64,000 nt of DNA, from the NCBI RefSeq assembly GCF_004010195.1, contig NC_057719.1, positions 56,779,187 to 56,843,186 on the forward strand, written 5' to 3'. The translations under genes were made by a program, and so were the position numbers. The notes below the pieces were generated by a model, which saw nothing but the letters and a program-made list of their open reading frames with translations, was not told the origin of the DNA and ran no database searches. Numbering within the stretch: position 1 is the first letter of the stretch; each line of letters begins with the position of its first letter. The stretch comes from Chiloscyllium plagiosum. Its lineage: Eukaryota. Positions 38,330-51,781 of the stretch are shown here, piece by piece.

Positions 38330-40725
38330 TGGACAATGAGAATGCTCCTCTTGTGGAATATGGGAGGTCAATGATACTTCTGGTGCTCAGAATAACCAAG
38401 TGTGCAGGAAATGTCTCCAGCTGCAGCTACTCAGAACTTACTGTGGAACATTTGGCAAGCTGAGAATTTTTTAGGCAGCGCATACAATGACGCAGCCAAA
38501 CAGCAGATGGAAAGTATTGTGTCCATATGTGTTGCTAGCTCTTGTTTCTTCTGCTTTCTATTTTTGGGTGGGGGGGGGGGGGGGAAGAGCATAGAACACC
38601 ACTAGTGATGGGGTACACAACTGTAAGAAGAACAGATAGACATTTCCAAATATGACACCAGGATGGCATATTGCCTCCTGCTATCGTGGTCAAGGGTGTC
38701 ACTGAGCAGCTGTACAACACTCTAAAGGAAGAACAGTCAGACGTTGTGGTTAATATCAGAACCATAGCATATGTAAAAAGAAAGGAGGCCCTGCAGGCAG
38801 AATATAGGGAACTGGGAAATAAATTAAAAAGCAGGGCCTTAAAGATAGTAATCTCATCATTACTCTCAGTGTTACGTACTAGTGAGATCACGATTAGAAG
38901 AATAGACTGAATGAATGTATGGCTGTAAAGATACTTTTGGAGCAAGGAATTTAGGTTCTTGAGGCATTGGGACTGATTCTGGGGAAAATGGAACCTAAAC
39001 AAACCGGATGGGTTGTATTCCAGAAGGACCGGGACCAATATCCTTGTTTGAGCATTCCCTGGTACTATGATTTTAGCGTGAAGAGCAAGGGGGCGGGAAC
39101 CTGAGCAGGGAGAAACAAAAAGGAAAAGAAAGCTAGATGTGAAAGATAGAAAAGTAGAGAGCATAAGTAGAAGGGAAAAGAAACAAGGACTTGCAGCAAT
39201 TAAGGCTTGAGTGCCAAAAAAAGTGTGAAATTGTTAAAGATAAATGTAAAAGTACTCTATGTGAATGTACAGATCTTTGTAAGCAGATATACTTTTCTTA
39301 CAATTACAGACACGGCTGTAGGATAACTACGGATAGGAACTGAATATCCAAATACAATCAATATTTGGGAAAGACAGGCAAGGAGGATAGGAAGGTGGAT
39401 AGCAGTGAAGGGTAAAGTCAGTGCAACATTGAGAAACGATATTGGCTCAGTAAATAGATGTACGGTGTGAGACAAGAACTTTCAAAAGTTGATTGGAGTA
39501 GACTGTTCACAGGTAAAGGGACAAATGGCAAGTTGGAGCCTTTCAAAAGTCTGGTGAGATTTCAGAGGCATTAGAGTGAATGATATAGCTGGTAAGAATA
39601 GGAGACAGTAGATGAACAAAGACATTGAGGCTCTAGTCAAGAATAAAACAGAATCACATATCAGATATAGACAACTGTGATCAAATGAACCTCTTGAAGA
39701 GTACAAAGAGAGTAGGGGCATTCTTAAGAGAGAAATCAGGAGGGCAAAGAGGGAATATGAGATAGCCTCAGCAGATAAGATTGTAGATAATCCAAAGAGA
39801 TTCTACAAATACATTAAGAACAAAAAAGCAACTAGAGAGAGAATATGTCCACTTAAAGATCAGAGAGGTTGTCTACGTGTTGAATCTCATGAGATGGGAG
39901 AGATCCAAATGAATATTTCACGTCATCATTTACTATGGAGAAAGAAATGGAGGCTAGAGAACTCAGAGAAATAAATATTGCTGTTTTGAAAACAGTTCAT
40001 ATTACAGAAGAGGAAGTGCTGGAGGTCTTAGAAAACAAAGGTGGCTAAGTCTCTGTAATCTGATCCCAGGACATTGTGGGAAGTTAGAGAATAAATTACA
40101 GAGCCCCTAGCAGAAATATGTATCATCTATAACCACAGGTGAGGTGCTGGAAGTCTGGAGTGTGGCTAATGTTGTGCCTTTATTTAAGAAAGGCTGTAGG
40201 AGATGCTGGGAATACAGACCTGTGAGCCTGACAGCGGTGGTGGGTAAGTGATTCTGAAAGACTGATTTACAAGCATTTGGAGAAGCAAGGACTGATTAGG
40301 GATAGTCAGCATGCTTTTATGCAAGGGTATTCATATCTCACAACCTTCATTGAGTTTTTTGAGGAAGTAACCAAAAGGATTGATGCGGGCAGAGCGGTAG
40401 ATGTTGTTCACATGGACTTTAGCAAAGCTTTTGACAAGATTCCACACAGTAGACTAATTAGTAAAGTTAGATCACATAGGATTCAGGGTGAGCTTGCCAA
40501 CTGGATATAAAATTGGCATGAAGGTAGGAGACAGAAAGTGATGGTGGAGGGTTGTCTGTCAGGCTGGAGGCCTGAGACCAGCAGTGCTCCACAGGCATCA
40601 GTACTGAGTCCACTTTTGTTTGTCATTTATATAAACGATTTGGATCATGATTATTAAGTTTGCAGATGATACCAAAATTGGTGATACACTGGACAGCATA
40701 GAAGGTAATCTAAGATAACAATGTA
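38330..40725 (+). mobile_element. Decayed long CR1 with ORF1 (Cys motif plus SGNH-esterase-like) and ORF2; resumes at ~42560-42785
   Basis: ECSSCGIWEV at ~38340; VKGVTEQL...SDVVVNI; ORF2 LIRDSQHAF...DFSKAFDKIPH...KFADDTK. Confidence 0.8.
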
Positions 40726-41234
40726 ACATGGTATAAAATACACACATTAATCTCCTTGTGTAACTACAAGTCCTCTCATTTCCTTTTTCTGTTACTCCCA
40801 AGTGGTGCTAGCCACATGACTTCAGCAGAACCAGAAGAAGGCTGCTCATTACCCTGCTCTGTTTGCTCAAATGTTCATTGCTGGATGCAATAAATCAGGT
40901 TAGAGGAAATGCAGGTGAATCTCTGCCGGACATGGAATGATTCTCTGGGGCCTTGGACGGAGCAAAGCGGGGAAGTGTGAGAGCAGGTTTTGCACCATCT
41001 GCAGCCACAGGGGAAGGTTCCAGGTTTGGAATCGATAAGGACACACAAAAGACTGCCCCATGTGCACCAATGCAGGGGTAGATTTGGTTATCAAGACAGC
41101 AGGCAGAACATACGATTTCAGCCAAGGGGCTGTGAATGTGTTAAACAAGGGGAGTGCCACCAGGGAGCAGTAAAGATTCAGAAGTTGAAGCAGTTTGAAC
41201 AGAACATTCATTTCCATGTTCTCTTGGTCCATCT

Positions 41235-42555
41235 TGGAGGTAGTGAGTACTGCAGATGCTGGAAAGGTCAGAGTTGATAAAGAGTGGAAAAAGCACAGCA
41301 GGTCAAGCAGCATCAGAAGAACAGGGGAATTGATGTTTCGGGACAAACCTTTCATTAGGACTGAGGGAGGGAGCTGAGAAATTAATAGAGGGAGCGGGGT
41401 GGGAAAGGGCAAAGGTAAGTGGGATGGCGATCAATGGATGTAGATAGGAGGTGATTGTGATTGGTCAGTGGGAAGGGTGGCAGATGAATGGGAAGGAAGA
41501 TTAGGTCAGGCCAAAGGGCGGAGAGTGAGGGTTGGACCCAGGTTTGGGTGGGGGGGTGGGGGGAGGTGTGTGGAGTTGGAAGATTTGGAAGCTGCTGAAT
41601 TCTACATTCAGGCCATATGGTTGTAAGCTTGCGAGGTGGAAGATGAGGTGCTCTTCCTCCAGTTTGCACGTGACCTTATTTTGATAGTGGAGGAAGCCCA
41701 GGATGGACATGTCATCGGGGGAGTGGAAGAGGGAGTTGAAATGGCAAGCAACTGGAAGATGGGGTTGACTGGAGAGTACGGAGAGTATGTTCCCAGAACT
41801 GTTCTCTGACTTTGCACTCGGTCTCTCCAATGTAGAGGAGACCACATCAGGAGCAATAAATCAAGTTAGAGGAAATGCAGGTGAATCTTTGCCGGACGTG
41901 GAATGATTATTTGGGACCTTGGATGGAGCTAAGAGGGGAGGTGTGAGGGCAGGTTTTGCACCTCCTGCAGCTACAAGGGAAGGTTCCAAGTGTGGAGGAG
42001 AGGTTGGTGGGGGGTGTGGAGGAGAGGTTGGTGAGGAGTGTGGACCAAATGAGGGAGTCACGGAGGGAATGGTCCCAGCGAAAAGTGCATGAGGTGGGGC
42101 GGGAAATATCATTTTGATGGTAGGGTCAGACTACATGTACGGAAATGGCAGAGGATGATGTGCTGGAGATTAGTGGGGAGAAATTTGAGGACTGGGAGAC
42201 ACTATCCTTGGTTGGGTGTGGGGGGGGAGGGGGGAAAGTGGTAGGTTTGAGGGCCGAAATGTGGGAAATGGAAGAGATATGGTTGAGGGCATTGTTGGTC
42301 ACAGGGGAGGGGATAGTATGATCCTTGAAGTAGGAGGACATCTCAGATGTCCTGAAGTGGTATCGCTCATCCTGGGAGCGGATACAGCAGAGGTGGAGAA
42401 ATTGGGAGTATGTAAATACATTTTGGGAGGTGTAGTCAAGGTAACTGTGGGAGTTGGTGGATTTGAAATAGATGTCGATGCTTAGCAATTTGCCACAGAT
42501 GGAGACAGAGAGGCAGGCATAGCTGGTACCCATGGCCACCCTTCTGGTTTGTAGC
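41235..42555 (-). mobile_element. Penelope-like element (Neptune-type): RT remnant, GIY-YIG, terminal repeat; partial second copy at ~40880-41030
   Basis: VAMGT, YFKSTNSHSYLDYTS, HLPVACHFNS, KLEEEHLIFHL; terminus ctgcagatgctgg...cagcaggtcaagcagcatc. Confidence 0.85.
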
Positions 42556-42859
42556 AAGTGTCACAGGTAGTCAGGGTAGTTAAGAAGGCCTTTAGCATGC
42601 TTGCCTTCATTGGTCAGACCTTTGACTATAGAAGTGTGATGCCATGTTGAGGTTATAAAGGATATTGGTAAGGCTTCTTCTGGAGTACTGTGCACAGTTC
42701 TGGTCACCCTGTTATAGGAAGATTTTATTATTAAATTCGAGAAGGTTCAGAAAAGATTTATCAGGATGTTGCCAGGAATGGCATTGGAAGTCAAGTTGCT
42801 GAAGAGGCATGATGGTGGATAGGCAATGCTAAGATTTACAGAACAAATTTTCATTTTTG

Positions 42860-44635
42860 GTGCAAAGATTCAACAGGAACAGTGACCCAAAAGAAACTAA
42901 TGATAATGCCAGATTTCAAGTAAAAGTAGCAAGCCTGTGGATGAGAGCAGTTTAGAATATAGCAAAGGAGGACCTGAAGTTTGAATAAGATGGGAAAAAG
43001 AATACGTGAGTAAAATGGATCAAGTCCGATTGTAAAGCAGGCTATAAGATCTTCAATAATACGTAAAAGGTTCAGAAATTCTGGAGGACTGGCAATGGAG
43101 AACAAAGAACTGGGACAGCAATTAAACAACTCCTTTGGTTCTGTATTCATAGAAGGCACAAATAACTTCCCAGAAATGCCAGGATAGCAAGGGTCTGTTA
43201 GGAAGAAGAAACTGAAGGAAATTAGTAAGAATGGAAAAAAAATGTGCTGTGGCAATTAATGGGACCAGAAGTTGATAAATCTCCAGGACTTGATAACCTA
43301 CATGCCAGGGTAAAAAAATGTCACAGCCACGGAGATAATGGATGTTAGTCATCATCTTCCAAGGTTTTCTAGATTCTGGACAAATCCCAGTAGATGGGGA
43401 CGGGGAGGGCATATGTAATCACACTATTTTAAAAAAATAGGAGGGAGAAAACTGAGAATTACTCTGGTTAGCCTAACATCAGTAGTGGGGAAAATGATGG
43501 GAGTCAATTAAAAAAGATGGAATAAGATGTCAATTCAAAGATACTAACAGGATTAAATAAAATCAACATGAATTTATGAAAAGGTAAACCATGTTTGACA
43601 AACCTGTTGGGTTTTGTTTGATAATTTAGCTAGTAAAATGGATAATAGACAATCAGTGGATGTGGAATATTTTTAAAAATTCTCACAGAAGGGGTGTGCT
43701 CAAAATTAACGTATATGTGATTAGGTAATTTGGGTATGGATTGAGAATTGGTTAGCAGACAGGAAAAGAAGTCTTGTAGACAGAAATTGCATGCAATATA
43801 TCCACATTTGCTGAAAACACAAATCTAGGTGGGGTTTCGAGTTAAATAGAAAATGTAAGGAGATTCAAGGTAATTTAGACAAGTGTATGGATAAATACAT
43901 GGCAGATGCAGTATAATGTGAAATTATCCATTTTAATTTGAAAAAGAAAACATCTAGTTACAACAACCTGCATTTATGTAGTGCTCATGGGAAATGTTAA
44001 TACGGAAATGGACCCATGTGTCATTTATAAATCAGTCAATGAAAGCAAGCACACAAATGCAGCAAGCAGCGAGGAAGGCAAATGATAAGTTGGCCTTCAT
44101 TGCAAAGGAGCAAGGAAATCTTGTTACTCCTGTATGGGAACTTTGTGACACCATACTTGGGAGTATTGTATGCAGTTCACCGAAGGCTCACCAGGCCAAT
44201 TTCTGGGATGGCAGATTTATCATATGAGGAGAGATTGGGTTGAATGAGAGAGGATCTTGTCGAAACACATAAAATTCTGACAGGGCTTGACAGACTGGAT
44301 GAAGGGCCAATATTGTTTCTAGCTGGAGGATCTAGAACAAAGGGTCATAGCTTTGGGATAGACATTAGATAATTTAGGACTAGGAATGAAGAGAAATTTC
44401 CTCAAGAGGCTGTTGACCCTATGGAATTCTCTACCACATAAGACAGTGTAGACTAAGTAACTGAATATATTTAAGGAAGAAATGGACAGATTTCTGGACA
44501 TTAAACACAGCAAGGAATATGGGGACAAAGTTGGAGAATGGGAAAAGAGAAAGAGAATCAATCATGATCATACCGAATGGCAAAACAAGCTCAATGTGCT
44601 GAATGGCCTACTTTTGCTCCTAATTTCTAGTATAT
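42860..44635 (+). mobile_element. Decayed CR1 ORF2 to 3' end
   Basis: gataaatctccaggacttgat, ggttagcctaacatcagtagtggggaaaatg, ctatggaattctctacc, ctgaatggcctacttttgctcc. Confidence 0.7.
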
Positions 44636-46344
44636 GGTCATCACTTATGTATGTAGATCTTTTCTGCTGTTAAAAATTATACACACTGACTCATTAACCC
44701 ATAACGTCTCCTTCATACACTTGAACAATTTTGTCTCTGGCTGATGAGGTAGAACTTTGTTTTTCTAATCTCTCAATAGTTCACAACTTTGTTTTGCTAG
44801 AAGTAAATTGCAGAAGATACTATTGTTTCAATCTCAATATAGACATTCACAATTTCTCAAACTGGATTTACACAATGCTTTTGATATAGGTAAGCATTAT
44901 AATGCACTCCATAGGTGTGTAATCAGGTAAAAACTGACACTAAGCTAAAAGAATGTTGGATGACTAACAGCTTGACCACAAAGGTAGGTTTTAAGAATGA
45001 TCATAAAGGATGTGGGAAAAGATGTGTAGGGATCCTAACAGCACAACTTTAGGCCGAGACAGTTCATGGCATGGTTGTCAATGATATGGCAAACCAGATA
45101 GAGATGTACAAGAGGTCAAAGATAGAGGACCAAAGATCCAAGGAAGACTGTTAGACTGCAGAAGATTGCAGAGATAGGAATGTGGGAGAGCAAAGACTGA
45201 TTTGAATTGTGACAATTTTAAGAGTGATATTGGGGGTCTTGAAACATCTGATATGTAAGTAGGATAAGGCCATTTGGGCCCCTGAGCTTGCTCCACTATT
45301 TAATGAGATGATGGTTGATCTTGTTTTGCCCTCAACTTTACTTTCCTACCCATGCTAAAGGTGGGTGATGAATGAGCAGGATTTGGTACCAGTTAGGATA
45401 AAGGTAGGACAATTTTTGCTCAATTCAAATTTACGCGAGATGGAAGAGTGAAAGATGAACAGGAAAGCATTGGAATGGAATGGAATGGAGGTAACAAACT
45501 CAAGATCATTATAAATTTGTTACATACTACACAAAGGCAAGAGGGCCAGCCACTGGAAATGCAGGAACAGAAAAAAAAAAGATTCTCCCATGTGAAAGTA
45601 ATAATTCATTTCTTTCCATGAAGCAGACTTAGACACAAGTTATTGTGCAACGAAGGATTAACTATATACTTTAAATGTTGCTGCTTACATGCCTTCTTCG
45701 TAGTTAGATCACAGTGAGCTCACACAATACAGAACTGGGACCAGAGTCTGTCAAATTCTGCAGATGTCCTCGCTCATTAACCCTCGTATACAGTAATAAT
45801 TAATAAAAGGTTGTTGATTTTTACTGACAAGAGTTTGAACTAACTTGTCAACAACCCCAGCATGATGGCAGTCATCAAATACAAAAAAAGATTGAGGTAA
45901 TCAGCAACGAGTGCCAGAACTGATACCCATAGCAGTACAGTGCAGCAGATGAACGTAAAGACTAGTCTAACATACAACCATAGAAGAATGAGAAAAGCCT
46001 GAGGAGATGCCCAGTGAAACTATACAGTAGCGGCAAAAGCTCATGAAGGCCAACCCAGTCACTGTACCAGTCCAGCGATTAACATAAACAGCACTGTGGA
46101 AAGGCATGTACTTCGACAAAGGTGAGCAATGAATTCCACTCTAATACATCTAAGAACTTTCCAGAAGGCAGAGGGCAATTTACAAATCGAACAACGGCAC
46201 AGTTGTCATAGAGGATGCAGAAACAAAGTGTGCCGTGGCAGTTTCTGGAGACGTGTGCAGAAAAGACACCATTTTTTGCAAGCTCCCCAAGACAGCGTGA
46301 AGAAGGTTCACAGGCTGAAAGAAAACCCTGTCCACATAGTGGAA

Positions 46345-46457
46345 AGTTGCAGTCATAGCAGTTGTTTTTTTTGTGAATGGATCTGTAAGCCTCAGGGTCC
46401 AAAAGGCACCATCCTCAAAGGTCAGCTTCAAGCAAAATTAATACAGAGAAATTGTTG
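46345..46457 (+). repeat. Direct repeat copy 1 (~113 bp); partner at 47844-47954
   Basis: Four substitutions and a 2-nt T-run difference relative to copy 2. Confidence 0.92.
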
Positions 46458-46702
46458 AAACACTATACTTTATCTATGTCCACCCATGTTAACTTCGAAG
46501 CAGGAGAATCTGCATAAGTCACAATTTCATCTTCAAGTTAGAAAAAATTATCAATAATTTCCAAAACTGTTTAGAGGACCTGGAAAATTGAATACTATGT
46601 ACATCACAATAAAGTGGATGTCAAACTCAACTATTTTTAAATTAAATGTACAATTATTTTCTAAAGCATAAATATCATAAATCATATTTTTAAACATCTT
46701 AC

Positions 46703-47567
46703 CTATTATCCCATGAATTCATGCCAAGAATATTCAGCAGCATCCTGCAATAGTAAAACACAGACTGAGGCTCTTGTGGGCATGGCTCTTCCTGCTCCAT
46801 TGCTTTCATATTCTGGTCATTGCCATGTTTCTCTACAAATTCCTTCTCTTCTGTGTACTGTTTTAGAATTTCATTGATTACATCATTTTCCTGTTTCTCT
46901 GAAAAACAAACAGGAGCGGCAGCAGGGATATTAAGTTGCACACCAGCTCTCTGGAGACATTCTGGACTGGTGGAACCAAGGTACTGCAACATCTCATCCA
47001 AAGCATCTTCGTCATCACGAATTACATCCCAAGATGGCACTACTTCCCCGCACCTTCTTTTTGTTTGAGGTACCAAATATTCCCTTAAATCTACATCATC
47101 GGTTTCTGTTTCATTGGAGTGAGGTTCAGCCATCTGTTCTTCTTTGCATAGATTGCTGACCTTGGAAGCAATTTGCTTTTGTTGACAGAAGTGAGGTGGT
47201 CCATATAGAATTGCAGAATCCCAGCAGTACTTACCAGATATATCACGTACCACAACTCTAACATTTGAGGTAGCTGTCGAAAGTCCAGCTGACATCCCTC
47301 CTCCTGGGATATTGTCCTCAATAGGGATTTCCAGGTATGAAATAAGTGTTGAACTGTTCAGCACAAAAAACTGGAGATTAGGGTTTTCAAAAAGTTCAGG
47401 GGAAAGCTCAGTGCAGTCAGTAAAAGGATTGTCATGGTTTTCACTTATTAAGCTGGTCAGCATTGCTGGGCCACCACTCAATGGATAATGGCCAACGTGG
47501 TTTACCAAATGAATTATCACAGTCCGGGCAGCAACTGAGATCAAACCTTGTTGAATGCGACTCCTCA
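46703..47567 (-). CDS. RALGAPA1: RALGAPA1 internal coding exon, 865 bp ([29 protein letters not shown]...[13 protein letters not shown])
   Basis: Open 289-aa ORF matching RalGAP-alpha1 as recalled ([59 protein letters not shown]). Acceptor ttttacag|TG, donor AG|gtaaga; enters phase 1, leaves phase 2, consistent with the next exon. Confidence 0.95.
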
Positions 47568-47843
47568 CTGTAAAATACGTAAAGGGGATACGTTGTAAGA
47601 AATTTTTTTGGGGTTTGGTTGCAAATTCTAACTTCAGCTAAAAATGTAAAGTATTGCAAATCATTAAATTTAACTCACTTTGACCTTCCATTGGATAAGT
47701 GAAGTTAGATGTGTGGTCATAGAGCAATATTAATGGATTACTTTCAGTGAATATTGATAAAATTCAGATCACCATGGTTGCACATATTCAATTTACATAC
47801 ATGAACACTATTCATTTTTCTCAAAGAAATATTGGAAAGCCAC

Positions 47844-47954
47844 AGTTGCAGTTATAGCAGTTGTTTTTTGTGAATGGATCTGTAAGCCTCAGGGTCCAAG
47901 AGGCACCAGCCTCAAAGGTTAGCTTCAAGCAAAATTAATACAGAGAAATTGTTG
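47844..47954 (+). repeat. Direct repeat copy 2 (~111 bp)
   Basis: agttgcagttatagcagttg...atacagagaaattgttg. Confidence 0.92.
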
Positions 47955-49080
47955 TATGGTCTGTATGGAAGTTATAAGAATTTTTTTCTAGGTTTTCTAA
48001 GCACCTAGGTTCCAATGCAGCACACAAAAAGCTAAGTTGCACAACTAACAAGCAAACAGTGTTTAGAACCCTATGAAAAATTGTACTGTACAAAGTACAG
48101 AAAGATATACTGTACTTCAAATCTGATTTGTTACATATTAGCAGATAGCTGTACCTAGGGACCTTTGTATCAAAGATGCTGCCATAAACTGCGACTTGCG
48201 CGCTTGTCACTGTACTCATTTGAGTACATGTGACAATAAAGCTAAGTAGCAATGCCAATAAAGGGTGAGTGGTGAAAAATATTTAACTCTCCTAATGCTT
48301 GAATATCTAATTTCAATGACATAAAATGACTTTTTAAAAAGGAACAATTTTAGCTGCTTCCAAACTTCATCAGAGAACTTATTCCTGGCCTAATGCCTCT
48401 GCATTAAAAAGGGCAAAGAGAATACTAAATATCCCTGCCTGTGAAGCTTTAGTTATTCTTACTAGTACACAACACAAACTGCTTATAATGTATGGTTTTC
48501 CTATTGGCTGTTCTGCATTCTGTATCCCTTTAGTGTCCTTTCTGCTGAAGGATTAGGTTTAAATAGGTGGCTTAGCAACCCACAGATGGTGAAAATTTGA
48601 GGTTAAGAACAGTGAGCCAGATTATCTGAAAAATGGCAATTTTGCAAATATTGTCACTCTGCCCCTTCCTTTTCATGAAAGGAAATAGCTCTGTATTTAT
48701 GACAGAAAATTAAGGCTCCTTGAGAAACACTGTACTTCCTTTCTGACAGTTCTCTTCTTGTGCAGAACTGACTGGGGAAAGCAAACTATTCCTACTTTTC
48801 ACAGCAGTCAGTTGCTATTCTATGAAATGTAAAGGTTCAGAATCAGACAGCTATTTTGACAGCTGCAAACAGTTAGTACATAAGCTAAGTGAGGTCAGGG
48901 GCCAAGAAGGTAGGGTGCTATATGGTTTAGGGCTAAAGTGCTATGTGAGTAGGGTGCCAACTCAGTAGGGAGTAGGGTGTCAGGAGCAAGGTGATAAAGG
49001 GGCCAGGTAAGCAACGTAGTATTTGGGATAGGTCAGGACAGAAGGGAGAAATCAAATCTGAAGTAGGGGAAGGAAGTTGG

Positions 49081-49270
49081 CTCCAAAAGATGTGCAGGTC
49101 AGGTGAATTGGCCATGTTAACTTGTCCACAGTGTTCAGGGATGTGTAGGTTAGGTGCATTTGTCAGGGGTAAATGTAGCGGAATGGGTCTGGGTACTCTT
49201 TGGAGGGTCAGCGTGGACTTGTTGGGCCAAATGGCCTGTTTCCACACTGTAGGGATTCTACTTTATTCTA
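49081..49270 (+). mobile_element. V-SINE/HE1-like 3' half
   Basis: aaagatgtgcaggtcaggtgaattggccatg...ggcctgtttccacactgtagggattcta. Confidence 0.8.
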
Positions 49271-49761
49271 AAACAGAGGAAGTGAGAATCAGATACAGAG
49301 CGTGGGAAGTGATTAATCGTTTAACTATTCCTGGGTGACTACTTACTTAATTTCACTGGAACCCTCTGAATTCAGAGTTAAATTGAGACTTTCAGAGCAT
49401 TCCAGCAGAATCTTCAATTTCCTACGCAAATCTTTTGGAGTCTGTTAAGATGGGGATTCTGCAGGGTTCCCACATGCAACTCCTATCTATGCTGGAATAA
49501 GGACTGTTGAACCATCTGAAAATCTGGGTCATAACAATCCTGAAATTACTGGAGTGGTATTGTTGATTTCTAAAGCAGGAGAGTTATTAGGTAAATTACA
49601 CTCTTTCAAAGCTAAGTCAATGATTTTATGGAGAAGCTGACCTTCTAAAGAGAAAGGCACACAAATCAACTCATTATAACTTATAGTGAAGACATCTGAG
49701 AAATATAATTTCAAGGTCAGGAACAAGTCATGGGAATCTTGGCTGGTTTAGATTAGATTCT

Positions 49762-49852
49762 GGTTGAAACTTTATTGCTGGAACAGCACAGCAGGTCAGG
49801 CAGCATCCAGGGAACAGGAGATTCGACGTTTCGGGCACAGGCCCTTCTTCAG
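49762..49852 (-). mobile_element. Single Penelope-terminus fragment with hammerhead core, 11-bp TSD, inserted in a SINE tail
   Basis: Nearly identical to the 62205-62293 arm; TSD gattagattct at 49751-49761 and 49853-49863. Confidence 0.8.
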
Positions 49853-49863
49853 GATTAGATTCT

Positions 49864-50092
49864 CTCCATTGTAGAAACAGGCCCTTCGCCCCCACAAGTC
49901 CACACCGCCCCTCCAAAGAGTAACCCACCCAAATCCATTCTCCTACCCTATATTTACCCCTGACTAACGCACCTAACACCGTGGCCAATTTAGCATGGCC
50001 AATTCACTTGACCTGCACATCATTGGCTTGTGGGAGAAAACTGGAGCACCCGGAGGAAACACATGCAGACACAGGGAGAATGTGCAAACTCC
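49864..50092 (-). mobile_element. V-SINE/HE1-like SINE
   Basis: Reverse complement of tggagtttgcacattctccctgtgtctgc...ggcctgtttctaca. Confidence 0.85.
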
Positions 50093-51489
50093 AATTTATT
50101 TTACTGTTTTCTGACATAAAGTGTCCAAACATAGGGAAGCCAAACATCCAAATCCAGCATCCAAACCTTGTGCTTCCAAGAAAAAGACAAACTATTGCAC
50201 AATGCACTGACCACTTTTCTTCCTTAAATAGTGTTGTGCAATACCCTGTGAAAGGTTTTGTTAATGGCTAGAATAGATCAGCCATTAGACCAATAGTACT
50301 CAATGTATTATATCAAAGAGGGTTGTACTTGGAATTTATCAAAGTCAAGAGTGATCTCAAACATCATGGTTTATACCACTTGACAGTGGTGACAAATCAT
50401 TGCAGGGCAAAAACCTAATATGTTACATCCGCAAAAGAGCTGCTGTTGGATGGGGCTGTGGTATACATAATCATTCACAAAAAAGGCGATCGGAAAAGGG
50501 TATGGCATTTATGGGACGGTTGTAAACTGAATTAAAACTAATTGGTGGGGAGGAAGTTGACAGCAGGAGTTAAGGGCATTTTCTTAAGAGTGGCTGGAAA
50601 TGAGTGATTGTGCCTCATAGAATTGTATGCTTGTACTCTTACTGCTTACTGAAAATATGAATGATTTGAATAGAAGGCTTGGTAGTACTGTGAAATACAG
50701 GTGAGATATCTGGCAGGTTGGCCACAGCCATGCAGCAAATTGATAATATTCCTTTTTACAGCCATACACTGAGTTTTAAAATTTCAGCAACAATTATACG
50801 AGTATGGGTGTCACTTGCTAGAGTGTCATTTGTCTGTCCTTAATTAAGCATGGAAGAATCAACCACATTGCTATCAAATATCTGACTGGTCAGACTCTGA
50901 CTATTTTTGTCAGAATATACTGTAGTTAATTGTCAAAGTTCTATCAACACGGAAGATGAATAGCTAGTTGCTCAATGAAACAATAAATCCATTGCTTATT
51001 ACCTTCTCTCAGTGTGCTCCTTAATGATGGCCTCTTGCAATGCAGTGAATGCATCCTTACCTCTGGGCCAGGAGGCCCAGGTTCAGGTCCACCTGATATG
51101 TCTTAAGAGCTGGACAGCTTCCTTGGAAGCCACAGAGGAACCTTGATTATCGGGGCTTCACTTAACCAAATTTCAAATGATCCAAACAAGATTGCAAGGC
51201 CCCGATGCTTGGCTAGCTATGTAATCCGGCATTCAATTAACTGAACAAAATACTCCCACCCGTGTCCTTCAGATAATCAAAGTTCCTCTGTATCTACATT
51301 TAGAGGAGTGTGTTTTGTCTATTGTCTAATATGTCCCGCACAAGCTATTTACTTAGAGAAATTCAACACTCCCCAACATAAGCCCTGCAGCAGTCAGCTA
51401 GAGGTGATTATGACAGTATCGAATCTCTGGAAGTCTCAAGCTTTGGACCAGAACATAGATGGTGAAGTTTGATTTAAAAAAAAAACACT

Positions 51490-51781
51490 CACAGGGAAAT
51501 TTGCTAGAGCTGCTCAGGAGGACTTAAACTAGTAAGGTGGTGGGGTGGGACCCAGGGAAATAGTGAGCAAAGAGATCAATCTGAGACTGGTACAGTTGAG
51601 AACAGAAGTGAGTCAAACAGTCAGGGCAGGCAGGAACAAGGTAGGACTAATAAAGTAAACTGCATTTATTTAGATGCAAGGGGCCTAAGAGGGAAGGCAG
51701 ATGAACTCAGGACATGGTTAGGAACATGGGACAGGGGTATCATAGTATTTATAGAAATATGGCTCAGGGATGGGCAGGACT
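51490..51781 (+). mobile_element. CR1 ORF1 end and ORF2 start, interrupted by a Penelope element
   Basis: VNCIYLDARGLRGKADELRTWLGTW...EIWLRDGQD. Confidence 0.75.

Noticed and set aside
38535..39164. 209-aa minus-strand ORF
   Set aside because: Antisense shadow of decayed CR1 ORF1.
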